This document shows, piece by piece, positions 1-8,696 of a DNA stretch of 64,000 nt (the stretch's first letter is position 1; each line of letters opens with the position of its first letter). Below the pieces are notes generated by a model. The model worked only from the letters and a program-made list of their open reading frames with translations. It searched no databases and was not told the DNA's origin. Origin of the DNA: Acutalibacteraceae bacterium (lineage in GTDB: Bacteria; Bacillota; Clostridia; Oscillospirales; Acutalibacteraceae); assembly GCA_045629785.1 (NCBI GenBank), contig JAZQRX010000012.1, forward strand, positions 22,135-86,134, in the 5' to 3' direction. Made by a program: the position numbers and the translations under genes.

Positions 1-387
1 TCACTTTTTGTTGCAGGCTGTTGTGATGACGTTAAAACAAAAGAAACCATCAACAGAGTTTATAACGATTATGGTTATCTTGCTGATACTCATACAGCGG
101 TTGCTCTTGATGTGTGCGATTCTTATATTGCAAAAACAGGTGATACAACACCCGTAGTTGTTGCTTCTACAGCATCACCCTTCAAATTCTCAAAGGCGGT
201 GCTTACTGCAGTTGAGGGTGAAAAAGATTATGCTGACGAATTCAGTACAGTAAACGCACTCGAGGATATTTCTTCACTCAAAGCACCCACACAGCTTTCT
301 GAGCTTAAGGGCAAAGAGGTAAGATTTACAAAGGTAACATCTAAAGAGAATATGGCTGATGTTGTCTTTGAAATGCTTGGTATTTAA
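1..387 (+). CDS. thrC: threonine synthase, C-terminal fragment (5' end outside window)
   Basis: Frame 1 is open from base 1 to TAA 385-387. The translation ...YGYLADTHTAVALDV...VVVASTASPFKFSKAV resembles the conserved DPHTA / STAHPAKF C-terminal region of long-form threonine synthases. Confidence 0.8.
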   Translation, partial: SLFVAGCCDDVKTKETINRVYNDYGYLADTHTAVALDVCDSYIAKTGDTTPVVVASTASPFKFSKAVLTAVEGEKDYADEFSTVNALEDISSLKAPTQLSELKGKEVRFTKVTSKENMADVVFEMLGI

Positions 388-399
388 GGTGATTTACTG

Positions 400-1098
400 A
401 TGTCATTATTTGTTATCGGTGACCCTCATCTGTCATTTTCGGTCAATAAGCCTATGGATGTTTTCAGGGGTTGGACTGACTATACTGACAGACTCCGCAA
501 TAACTGGAATAATGTTGTGGGTGAGGGTGACAGTGTGGTTGTAGCAGGTGATATTTCCTGGGCAATGAATTTTGAGGAGGCAAAAAAGGATTTCGCTTTC
601 CTTAATGAACTCAACGGCACAAAGTATATCATAAAAGGCAACCACGATTATTGGTGGAACACCATGTCAAAAATGAATAAATTCCTTGAAGAAAATCATT
701 TTGACACCATAAAAATTATTCACAATAATGCCTATAGGGTAGAGGGCTTTGCTATTGCAGGTACCCGAGGTTGGTTTTACGATGACTCCGAGGGTGACGT
801 GCATAAGGTGATTCTTCGTGAGGCAGGCAGACTTCGTGCATCTCTCAAAGCGGCAGAGGAACTCGGCGGTGAAATAATTGCCTTTCTTCACTATCCGCCC
901 ATTAACGAGGTGCAGCGCTGTGACGAGTTACTTGATGTGCTCTCTGAGTTCCCTGTTAAAAGGTGCTTTTTTGGTCATCTTCACGGTTTTGTGGCGCCAG
1001 GCTGTGCAAAAGTAGGTAGCGATGATGTTGAATTCAGACTCATTTCTGCCGATTATCTGCAGTTTGTGCCAAGGCTTATACCACCTGTTGTTGAGTGA
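400..1098 (+). CDS. metallophosphoesterase family protein
   Basis: 232 aa with calcineurin-like phosphoesterase motifs GDPH, GDISW, GNHDYWW and GHLH. AAGGTGA RBS precedes the ATG. Confidence 0.75.
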   Translation: MSLFVIGDPHLSFSVNKPMDVFRGWTDYTDRLRNNWNNVVGEGDSVVVAGDISWAMNFEEAKKDFAFLNELNGTKYIIKGNHDYWWNTMSKMNKFLEENHFDTIKIIHNNAYRVEGFAIAGTRGWFYDDSEGDVHKVILREAGRLRASLKAAEELGGEIIAFLHYPPINEVQRCDELLDVLSEFPVKRCFFGHLHGFVAPGCAKVGSDDVEFRLISADYLQFVPRLIPPVVE

Positions 1099-1248
1099 TT
1101 TTTATAATTTTTTCTTGTTTTGCATAAAATTTCCATATATTTTACTAAAATGTGCAGTTTTTTTCAAAATATGGTGGAAAATAAAATATTCTTGTGATAT
1201 AATATCTCGGTAAAAATTATGTTCGCAAAATGAAAGGATGTTATTCAA

Positions 1249-2694
1249 ATGTTAAAGTCTTGCGAAAAAATCGAAACTAACGTATATGCGGTTGAAATTG
1301 CACTTGAGGGCGATGCTTTTAAAGCTGCAGTAACAAAGGCTTATACAAAAACAAGGGGTAAATACAACGTTCCCGGTTTCCGTAAGGGTAAAGCACCCAA
1401 GCACATCATCGAAACATACTATGGCAAAGAGGCTTTCTGGTATGATGCAATTGACGCAGAATACCCTGCACTCTACGAGGCAGCTGTTAAAGAAGCAGGT
1501 ATCAATCCTGTTGCTGCTCCCCATGATGATGAAATCGTTGATATGAGCGAAAACGGTTTCACAATTAAGTTCAAGGTTACAGTTAAACCCGAAGTTGAGC
1601 TTAAGGCTTACAAGGGCATCAAGGCTGAAAAAGAAAAGGTTACAGTTAAAAAGGCTGAAATCAAAGCAGAAGTTGATAAGGCTCTTGAAAAAGACGCTAA
1701 GCTTGTTGCTGTTGAAGGCAAGGCTGCAAAGAAGGGTGATATCGCAACTATCGATTTCGAAGGCTTCCTTGATGGCGTAGCATTCGAAGGCGGCAAGGGT
1801 GAAAGCTACGATCTCGAGCTTGGCTCAGGTAACTTCATCCCCGGTTTTGAGGAACAGGTTATCGGTCACAAGGTTGACGAGGAATTTGATATCGACGTTA
1901 CATTCCCTGAGGATTACGGCGCAGAAGACCTTGCAGGTAAAGCTGTAGTATTCAAAATCAAACTTCACAAGATTATGAAGAAAGAGCTTCCTAAGTACGA
2001 CGATGAGTTCGTTAAGGATGTTAGTGAATTCGATACAATTGCTGACTACGAAAAGAGCCTTGAGGAAGAAATCAAAGCAAGAAAAGAAGCAGCTGCTGAT
2101 CGCGAATTCGAAAACAAGGTTATGGATACACTCGTTGATAACGTTGTAGCAGAAATTCCTGCAGTTATGATCGAAAAAGAAATCGACAACCAGATTAACG
2201 AGTTCGATTACAGACTTCGTTCACAGGGTATGCAGATGGAAATGTACCTTCAGTACCTCGGTATGGATATTGCCGCACTTCGCGACAGTTACAAGGACGG
2301 CGCCGAGAAACAGGTTAAACTCCGTCTTGCTCTTGAAAAGATTGTTGAGCTTGAAAAGATTGACATCAGCGACGAAGATATCGAAACAGAGCTTAAGACT
2401 TATGCGGATGCATACAATATGCCTATCGAGAAGATTAAGTCACTTGTTTCTGCAGACGATGTAAAGGCAGATCTTGCTTGCAGAAAAGCTATGGATCTTG
2501 TTAAGGATACTGCTGTTGCAGGTGCAAAGAAGGCTCCTGCAAAGAAAAAGGCTGATGCTGACGATGCAGAGAAACCTGCAAAGAAAGCTCCTGCAAAGAA
2601 AAAGGCTGACGCTGACGATGCAGAAAAACCTGCAAAGAAAGCTCCTGCTAAAAAAGCTCCTGCAAAGAAGAAAGCAGAAGAAGCAGCAGAATAA
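1249..2694 (+). CDS. tig: trigger factor (ribosome-associated PPIase chaperone) with Lys/Ala-rich C-terminal extension
   Basis: 481 aa. N-terminal ribosome-binding motif GFRKGKAP and an FKBP-type central domain (GFIPGFEEQVIGH). Sits immediately upstream of clpP-clpX as in other Firmicutes. Confidence 0.95.
   Translation: MLKSCEKIETNVYAVEIALEGDAFKAAVTKAYTKTRGKYNVPGFRKGKAPKHIIETYYGKEAFWYDAIDAEYPALYEAAVKEAGINPVAAPHDDEIVDMSENGFTIKFKVTVKPEVELKAYKGIKAEKEKVTVKKAEIKAEVDKALEKDAKLVAVEGKAAKKGDIATIDFEGFLDGVAFEGGKGESYDLELGSGNFIPGFEEQVIGHKVDEEFDIDVTFPEDYGAEDLAGKAVVFKIKLHKIMKKELPKYDDEFVKDVSEFDTIADYEKSLEEEIKARKEAAADREFENKVMDTLVDNVVAEIPAVMIEKEIDNQINEFDYRLRSQGMQMEMYLQYLGMDIAALRDSYKDGAEKQVKLRLALEKIVELEKIDISDEDIETELKTYADAYNMPIEKIKSLVSADDVKADLACRKAMDLVKDTAVAGAKKAPAKKKADADDAEKPAKKAPAKKKADADDAEKPAKKAPAKKAPAKKKAEEAAE
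2533..2640 (+). repeat. 54-bp in-frame tandem duplication inside the tig 3' end (APAKKKADADDAEKPAKK x2)
   Basis: 2533-2586 and 2587-2640 differ at only a few synonymous positions. Followed by further AKKAP units. Confidence 0.9.
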
Positions 2695-2716
2695 TTTATT
2701 TTACTTAAAACCAAAC

Positions 2717-2760
2717 TATGCCGCCGCAGATTAATACCTGGGGCGGTATATGTGATTTTT
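2717..2760 (+). terminator. putative tig terminator hairpin
   Basis: TATGCCGCC (2717-2725) pairs with GGCGGTATA (2742-2750) including one G-U pair. A T-run lies at 2756-2760. Confidence 0.45.
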
Positions 2761-2829
2761 AGTGATGATTAAAATTAAATGTTTTAGTCAATAATCAACT
2801 TGAATTTTAGTTTCAGGAGGTCATTTATT

Positions 2830-3411
2830 ATGGCACTTGTACCTTATGTTGTTGAGCAAACCAGCCGTGGAGAACGTCAGTATGACATCTTTTCACGCCT
2901 TCTTAATGACAGAATAATCGTTCTTTCTGATGAAGTTAACGATGCAACTGCAAGTCTTGTTGTTGCACAGCTTCTTTACCTTGAGGGCCAGGACCCTGAA
3001 AAGGACATCAGCTTTTATATCAATAGCCCTGGTGGTAGCGTAACTGCAGGTCTTGCTATTTACGATACAATGCAGTACATCAAATGTGATGTTTCTACAA
3101 TCTGTATGGGTATGGCTGCTTCAATGGGTGCTTTCCTTTTCTCAGCAGGTACAAAGGGTAAACGCTATATTCTTCCTAATGCTGAGGTTATGATTCATCA
3201 GCCCTTAGGCGGTGCACAGGGTCAGGCAACAGAGATTCTTATTGCTGCAGACCACATTAAGCGCACCAAAGAGCGTCTTAACAAAATCCTTGCTGAAAAT
3301 ACAGGCAAGACAATTGAAGAAATCTTTGTTGATACAGAGCGTGACAATTGGCTCACTGCAGAGCAGGCTGTTGAGTATGGCCTTGCTGATAAAATTATCG
3401 AAAAAAGATAA
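2830..3411 (+). CDS. clpP: ATP-dependent Clp protease proteolytic subunit
   Basis: [25 protein letters not shown]... with catalytic-region motifs GMAASMG and MIHQP. AGGAGG RBS at 2815-2820 favours ATG 2830 over the longer ORF start at 2800. Confidence 0.95.
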   Translation: MALVPYVVEQTSRGERQYDIFSRLLNDRIIVLSDEVNDATASLVVAQLLYLEGQDPEKDISFYINSPGGSVTAGLAIYDTMQYIKCDVSTICMGMAASMGAFLFSAGTKGKRYILPNAEVMIHQPLGGAQGQATEILIAADHIKRTKERLNKILAENTGKTIEEIFVDTERDNWLTAEQAVEYGLADKIIEKR

Positions 3412-3447
3412 TTTAATTTTACCCTAAATTAATCGGAGGTGCTACTT

Positions 3448-4701
3448 TTGGCACGAGATGATGAAAAGAAAGTCCGTTGTTCCTTTTGCGGCAAAACACA
3501 AGACCAGGTTGAAAGAATGATTTCAGGTCCGGGTGTGTACATCTGTGACGGTTGTGTTGAATTGTGTATGGATATTGTTGAGGGTATCCCCACAAAGCAA
3601 AAGGTAATTACACCAAAGCCTGCAAAAAAACTCCCCAAGCCTATGGAGATTAAGGCTGCCCTTGATGAATACGTTATCGGGCAGGAGAGGGCAAAGCAGG
3701 TTCTCAGTGTTGCGGTTTATAATCATTACAAAAGAATATATTTAAAATCCCCCGACGATGTAGAGATTAACAAAAGCAACGTGCTTATGTTAGGTCCCAC
3801 AGGTGTAGGTAAAACCTTACTTGCATCTACACTCGCCAAGATACTTGAGGTACCTTTTGCTATTGCAGATGCCACTACTCTTACTGAGGCAGGTTATGTT
3901 GGTGAAGACGTTGAGAATATTCTTCTCAGACTTATTCAGGCGGCAGATTATGATATGGAGCGTGCCGAACGTGGCATTATCTACATCGACGAAATTGACA
4001 AAATCGGCAGAAAGTCCGAAAATACATCAATTACACGTGACGTAAGCGGTGAGGGTGTTCAGCAGGCGCTTCTCAAGATTATTGAGGGCACAGTTGCAAA
4101 CGTTCCCCCTCAGGGTGGCAGAAAACACCCACAGCAAGAGTTTATTCAGATTGACACATCTAAAATACTCTTTATCTGTGGCGGTGCTTTCGCAGGTATC
4201 GAAAAGCTTGTTGAAGACAGAATGGGTAAATCCGTTGTAGGCTTTGGCGGTGAGTTACATTCAAAATCTGAGCTTAAGGCTATGGATATGTACTCACAGG
4301 TTATCCCTCAGGATTTAGTTAAGTTCGGTCTTATTCCCGTGCTTGTAGGTCGTATTCCTGTAATTACTTCACTCGAAAATCTTGATGTTGACGGTCTTGT
4401 AAACATTATCACACAACCCAAGAACGCTCTGCTTAAGCAGTATAAGAGTCTTCTTAAGATGGATAAGGTTGACCTTGATTTTACTGATGAAGCAGTAAGA
4501 AAGGTTGCAGAGCTTACAATTGAGCGTGAAACAGGCGCTCGTGGTCTTCGTTCTATAATGGAGAGTGTGCTTAACCCGATTATGTACCAGGTTCCCTCTG
4601 ATGACACTATTGAGGTTGTTAAAATCAGTGCGGATGTTGTTGAGGGTACAGGTGAGCCTGTTTTTGTTAAAAAACCAAAAACCGATAATAAAGCGGTTTA
4701 A
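3448..4701 (+). CDS. clpX: ATP-dependent Clp protease ATP-binding subunit ClpX
   Basis: N-terminal zinc ribbon CSFCGK...CDGC, Walker A GPTGVGKT and Walker [13 protein letters not shown] 3448 is 8 nt after a GGAGG; GTG 3439 is the alternative start. Confidence 0.95.
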   Translation: MARDDEKKVRCSFCGKTQDQVERMISGPGVYICDGCVELCMDIVEGIPTKQKVITPKPAKKLPKPMEIKAALDEYVIGQERAKQVLSVAVYNHYKRIYLKSPDDVEINKSNVLMLGPTGVGKTLLASTLAKILEVPFAIADATTLTEAGYVGEDVENILLRLIQAADYDMERAERGIIYIDEIDKIGRKSENTSITRDVSGEGVQQALLKIIEGTVANVPPQGGRKHPQQEFIQIDTSKILFICGGAFAGIEKLVEDRMGKSVVGFGGELHSKSELKAMDMYSQVIPQDLVKFGLIPVLVGRIPVITSLENLDVDGLVNIITQPKNALLKQYKSLLKMDKVDLDFTDEAVRKVAELTIERETGARGLRSIMESVLNPIMYQVPSDDTIEVVKISADVVEGTGEPVFVKKPKTDNKAV

Positions 4702-4715
4702 TTATTAAGCTAACA

Positions 4716-4735
4716 GGGGAGTCATTCGACTCCCC
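4716..4735 (+). terminator. hairpin between clpX and lon (possible partial terminator or processing site)
   Basis: GGGGAGTC-attc-GACTCCCC, a perfect 8-bp stem with no following T-run. Confidence 0.3.
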
Positions 4736-4767
4736 GTTAAGTCTATATATACCTTTAGGAGAAATTT

Positions 4768-7203
4768 ATGACAGAAAACATCTATAAACCCGAAACCTTG
4801 CCTGTACTTGCGCTTCGCAATCTTGTTATTTTCCCCGGGCAGACAATCAGTTTTGAGGTTGGCAGACTTAAGTCTATAAGGGCAATCCGTTCTGCCGTTG
4901 ACAGTGACAACCGTAAAATTTTTCTTGTAGCACAAAAGGATGCATTGATTGAAGACCCTAAGTTTACTGACTTGGGTAATATTGGTGTTGTTGCTGAAAT
5001 TAAACAGATTTCAGGCTCATCTGACAGCAATAATTTTGAAATTGTTGTTGAGGGCCTTTACAGAGCTTGTGTTGCACAGGTCAGTCGCGAAAAAATTTCT
5101 TTAAGGGCAGTTATTCAGCGTGTACCTGAAATTCACGCACCTAAGGATAACCCTATGACCGAAGCTACATTACGTGCTCTCAAAAATAACTTTGATAATT
5201 ATCTTGCGGTTAATCCTCGTATTGCACCCGAAGTATTTCTTGCAATTTTAGAGGAAAGCAGTCTTCGTACCGCAACTGACAATATAGCAGGTCATTTTCA
5301 TTTCCCTGTAGAGGACAAGCAGACGCTTCTTGAAGAGCTTGATGTTCTTGTCAGGGCTGAGATGCTTTGCAAAATACTTGTTCGCGAAACTGAAATTCTT
5401 GGTATTGAGCTTGAAATTCAGGATAAGGTTCAGGAACGAATGGATAAAAACCAAAGGGATTATTACCTTCGTGAACAAATTAAGGTTGCTTCAACCGAGC
5501 TTGGTGAAGATGATTCACCCCTTGCTGAGGCACAAAAATATAAAGATGTTATAGCTACGTTGCCCATTGATGAAAAGTCTAAAAAACGACTTAATGAGGA
5601 GTGCGAAAGACTTGTAAAAACTACTCCTGGTTCACCTGAGGCAAACGTTTCGCGTACATATCTTGAGCGTGTTACAAACCTCCCCTGGGGTGTATTTACA
5701 GAGGATTCTTTAGATGTAGCAAAGGCTCGTAAGATTCTTGATAAAGACCATTACGGACTTGAAGATGTTAAAGAACGTATTTTAGAGCTTATTGCCGTTA
5801 AACGTCTTGCACCCGATGTTAATGCGCAGATTCTTTGTCTTGTTGGCCCACCCGGTGTAGGTAAAACATCAGTTGCAAGGTCTCTTGCAGCCGCTATGGG
5901 CAGAAAATATGTCCGTATTTCACTTGGCGGTGTACACGATGAGGCTGAAATCCGAGGTCATCGTAAAACGTATATCGGTTCAATGCCGGGTCGTATTATC
6001 ACTGCAATTGAACAGGCAGAAACACAGAATCCACTTATTCTGCTTGATGAGATTGATAAATTGGGCAGTGATTACAAGGGTGACCCCTCATCTGCACTTC
6101 TTGAGGTGCTTGATGGTGAGCAGAACAGTACATTTACCGACCATTACATAGATGTACCATTTGATTTAAGTAAGGTTCTTTTTATAACTACCGCAAATGA
6201 TGCTTCGCAGATACCTGGTCCACTCTATGACCGAATGGAAATTATCGAGCTTTACAGCTACACTGCAGAGGATAAATTCAGTATTGCTAAAAAGCATCTT
6301 GTACCACGTCAGGTAAAAAATTATGGTATGAATGCCAAAATGATTCGCTTTACTGATGGTGCTCTTCGTGAAATTATTGGTAGTTATACTAAAGAGGCAG
6401 GCGTACGTACACTTGACCGTGTGATTTGCAAAATTATACGTAAGGTTGCAGTTAAGTTTGCAGACGGCTTTGAGGGTAAGGTTACAATTGACCCTGCATC
6501 ATTAGAGGAGTATCTTGGTGCGCCTAAGTACAAGCCATCAAAATTTGATTTTGATGATATGATTGGTGCGGCAAACGGCTTGGCATGGACTTCTGTCGGC
6601 GGTGAGATGATGCAGATTGAGGTTGCTGTGCTTGATGGTACAGGCAAGCTTGAGCTCACAGGCTCATTGGGTGACGTTATGAAAGAGTCTGCAAAGGCTG
6701 CACTTACATATATCCGTAGCAGGGCAGAAGAGCTTTCAATTGATCCCGATTTTTATAAGAATAAAGATATTCATATCCACGTACCAGAGGGTGCTGTGCC
6801 AAAGGATGGCCCATCTGCAGGCGTTACAATGACAACAGCCCTTTGCTCTGCACTTACCGGTAGGGCGGTTGTGAAAACAGTTGCTATGACAGGTGAAATT
6901 ACATTAAGGGGTAGGGTTTTACCCATTGGCGGTCTTCGTGAAAAATCGACAGCCGCATTCAAAAATGGTATGAAAACTGTACTCATTCCTGAAGATAATC
7001 GCGCCGACCTTGATAAGGTAAACGAAACTGTGAAAAAGGCAATTGAATTTATTCCTGTTTCAAGTCTTGATGAGGTCCTTAGCGTTGCACTTGCACCTGC
7101 AAGGTCAACACCTGAATCAAAAAATGCACAGCGTAATAAAAAATCAATAAACACAACAGAGTCACAAAAAGGAACAAAGGGTGTTTATTGCCGCGAGGTA
7201 TAA
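4768..7203 (+). CDS. lon: ATP-dependent Lon protease (LonA type)
   Basis: 811 aa with a LON N-domain, Walker A GPPGVGKTS and the proteolytic-site motif PKDGPSAG. AGGAG RBS. Confidence 0.95.
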   Translation: MTENIYKPETLPVLALRNLVIFPGQTISFEVGRLKSIRAIRSAVDSDNRKIFLVAQKDALIEDPKFTDLGNIGVVAEIKQISGSSDSNNFEIVVEGLYRACVAQVSREKISLRAVIQRVPEIHAPKDNPMTEATLRALKNNFDNYLAVNPRIAPEVFLAILEESSLRTATDNIAGHFHFPVEDKQTLLEELDVLVRAEMLCKILVRETEILGIELEIQDKVQERMDKNQRDYYLREQIKVASTELGEDDSPLAEAQKYKDVIATLPIDEKSKKRLNEECERLVKTTPGSPEANVSRTYLERVTNLPWGVFTEDSLDVAKARKILDKDHYGLEDVKERILELIAVKRLAPDVNAQILCLVGPPGVGKTSVARSLAAAMGRKYVRISLGGVHDEAEIRGHRKTYIGSMPGRIITAIEQAETQNPLILLDEIDKLGSDYKGDPSSALLEVLDGEQNSTFTDHYIDVPFDLSKVLFITTANDASQIPGPLYDRMEIIELYSYTAEDKFSIAKKHLVPRQVKNYGMNAKMIRFTDGALREIIGSYTKEAGVRTLDRVICKIIRKVAVKFADGFEGKVTIDPASLEEYLGAPKYKPSKFDFDDMIGAANGLAWTSVGGEMMQIEVAVLDGTGKLELTGSLGDVMKESAKAALTYIRSRAEELSIDPDFYKNKDIHIHVPEGAVPKDGPSAGVTMTTALCSALTGRAVVKTVAMTGEITLRGRVLPIGGLREKSTAAFKNGMKTVLIPEDNRADLDKVNETVKKAIEFIPVSSLDEVLSVALAPARSTPESKNAQRNKKSINTTESQKGTKGVYCREV

Positions 7204-7204
7204 T

Positions 7205-7792
7205 ATGAATTATAATAAAGTAGAGTTTGAAGCCGCTTTCGGCACATTAAAACAGATTCCACCGTCTGATTTACCTGAGATTGTTTTTGCAGGTCGTTCA
7301 AATGTTGGCAAATCTTCAATGCTTAACCGCATTTTTAACCGTAAAAACCTTGCACGAGTATCATCAATGCCTGGTAAAACAATTACCATAAACTTCTTCA
7401 GGGTTGAAGATGTACGCATCGTTGACCTTCCCGGCTACGGCTACGCCAAGGTTGCCAAGGGTGAAAAACGTCGATGGGCAGAGATGATGGAAGGCTACTT
7501 TCAGTCACCACGTAACATAAAGCTTGTTGTTCAGCTTGTTGATATGCGTCATAAGCCATCTGAGGATGATTATATTATGATGCGTTTTCTTCAGGATGCA
7601 GGACTTCCCTTTATTGTTGCCGCAACTAAGAGTGACAAACTTAATAAAACTCAGTATAAAGAGCGTTGTGAAGCGCTTAAATCTGAGCTTAGCGAGTTTG
7701 GTGAGGATTTGGTTATTATTCCATTTTCATCTGAAAAAGGCGAGGGCACAGATACCCTTAAATCATATATTGAATCTGCATCAGAGAATTAA
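7205..7792 (+). CDS. engB: ribosome biogenesis GTPase EngB/YsxC
   Basis: G1 motif GRSNVGKSS and G3 motif DLPGYGYA. Lies downstream of lon as in Bacillus. ATG 7205 follows the lon stop. Confidence 0.9.
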   Translation: MNYNKVEFEAAFGTLKQIPPSDLPEIVFAGRSNVGKSSMLNRIFNRKNLARVSSMPGKTITINFFRVEDVRIVDLPGYGYAKVAKGEKRRWAEMMEGYFQSPRNIKLVVQLVDMRHKPSEDDYIMMRFLQDAGLPFIVAATKSDKLNKTQYKERCEALKSELSEFGEDLVIIPFSSEKGEGTDTLKSYIESASEN

Positions 7793-7815
7793 TTTTTTAA
7801 AAAGAAGGTGCTTTT

Positions 7816-8691
7816 GTGAAGCTTACCGATATACTAAATAATGGCAAACTGTCACTCAGCTTTGAGGTTTTTCCACCAAAAACAGATACCGCATTCAACA
7901 GCGTTAAAACTGCAACTGAAGAAATTGCCCGACTTAACCCTTCGTTTATGAGTGTTACTTATGGTGCAGGTGGTGGCACAAGCCAATATACACTTGATAT
8001 TGCACAGAATATTAAAAAGCAATACAATGTGCCTATGGTAGCCCACCTTACCTGCGTTTCATCAACAAAAGAAACAGTTGCCGAGCGCATTGAGTCAATG
8101 AAAAAGGCAGGTATAGAAAATGTACTTGCTTTAAGGGGTGACCTTACACCCGAGCTTGAAAAGGGTGACCGCAGTAAATGGGCATACCGCCACGCCATTG
8201 ATTTAATTCGTGATATTAAAGAGAGTGGAGCTGATTTTTGTATAGGTGGTGCTTGTTACCCCGAAATACACCCTGAAAGCAATAATCAGAACGAAGATAT
8301 AAAGTACCTTAAAGAAAAGGTAGATGCAGGTTGTTCGTTCCTTACAACACAGATGTTTTTTGATAACAATCTGCTCTATAACTTCCTTTATAAAATCCGT
8401 GAGGCAGGTATTACAGTGCCTGTTATTCCCGGTATAATGCCAATAACAAACGCTAATCAGGTTGAAAGGGCTATGAAGCTTTCAGGCTCGTTTATGCCAC
8501 AACGCTTCAAAAGTCTTGTTGATAAATTCGGCTATTCACCTGAGGCTATGAAGCAGGCAGGTATTGCATATGCAACTGACCAGATAATCGACTTGTTCGC
8601 AAACGGCATCACAAACGTACACGTTTACTCAATGAATAAGCCCGATATTGCCGCAAAAATACAATCAAATCTCTCTGATATTCTGGGGTGA
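7816..8691 (+). CDS. metF: 5,10-methylenetetrahydrofolate reductase
   Basis: 291 aa starting LSFEVFPPKT, with SVTYGAGG and LALRGD. GTG start 6 nt after GAAGGTG. Confidence 0.9.
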   Translation: MKLTDILNNGKLSLSFEVFPPKTDTAFNSVKTATEEIARLNPSFMSVTYGAGGGTSQYTLDIAQNIKKQYNVPMVAHLTCVSSTKETVAERIESMKKAGIENVLALRGDLTPELEKGDRSKWAYRHAIDLIRDIKESGADFCIGGACYPEIHPESNNQNEDIKYLKEKVDAGCSFLTTQMFFDNNLLYNFLYKIREAGITVPVIPGIMPITNANQVERAMKLSGSFMPQRFKSLVDKFGYSPEAMKQAGIAYATDQIIDLFANGITNVHVYSMNKPDIAAKIQSNLSDILG

Positions 8692-8696
8692 TTAAA

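Noticed and set aside
1022-1213. 63-aa plus-strand ORF spanning the phosphoesterase 3' end and the tig promoter region
   Set aside because: It overlaps a supported gene out of frame and continues into AT-rich promoter DNA. It has no RBS.
7793-7815. SAM riboswitch or T-box upstream of metF-metH
   Set aside because: Only 23 nt separate engB and metF, which leaves no room for a leader RNA.
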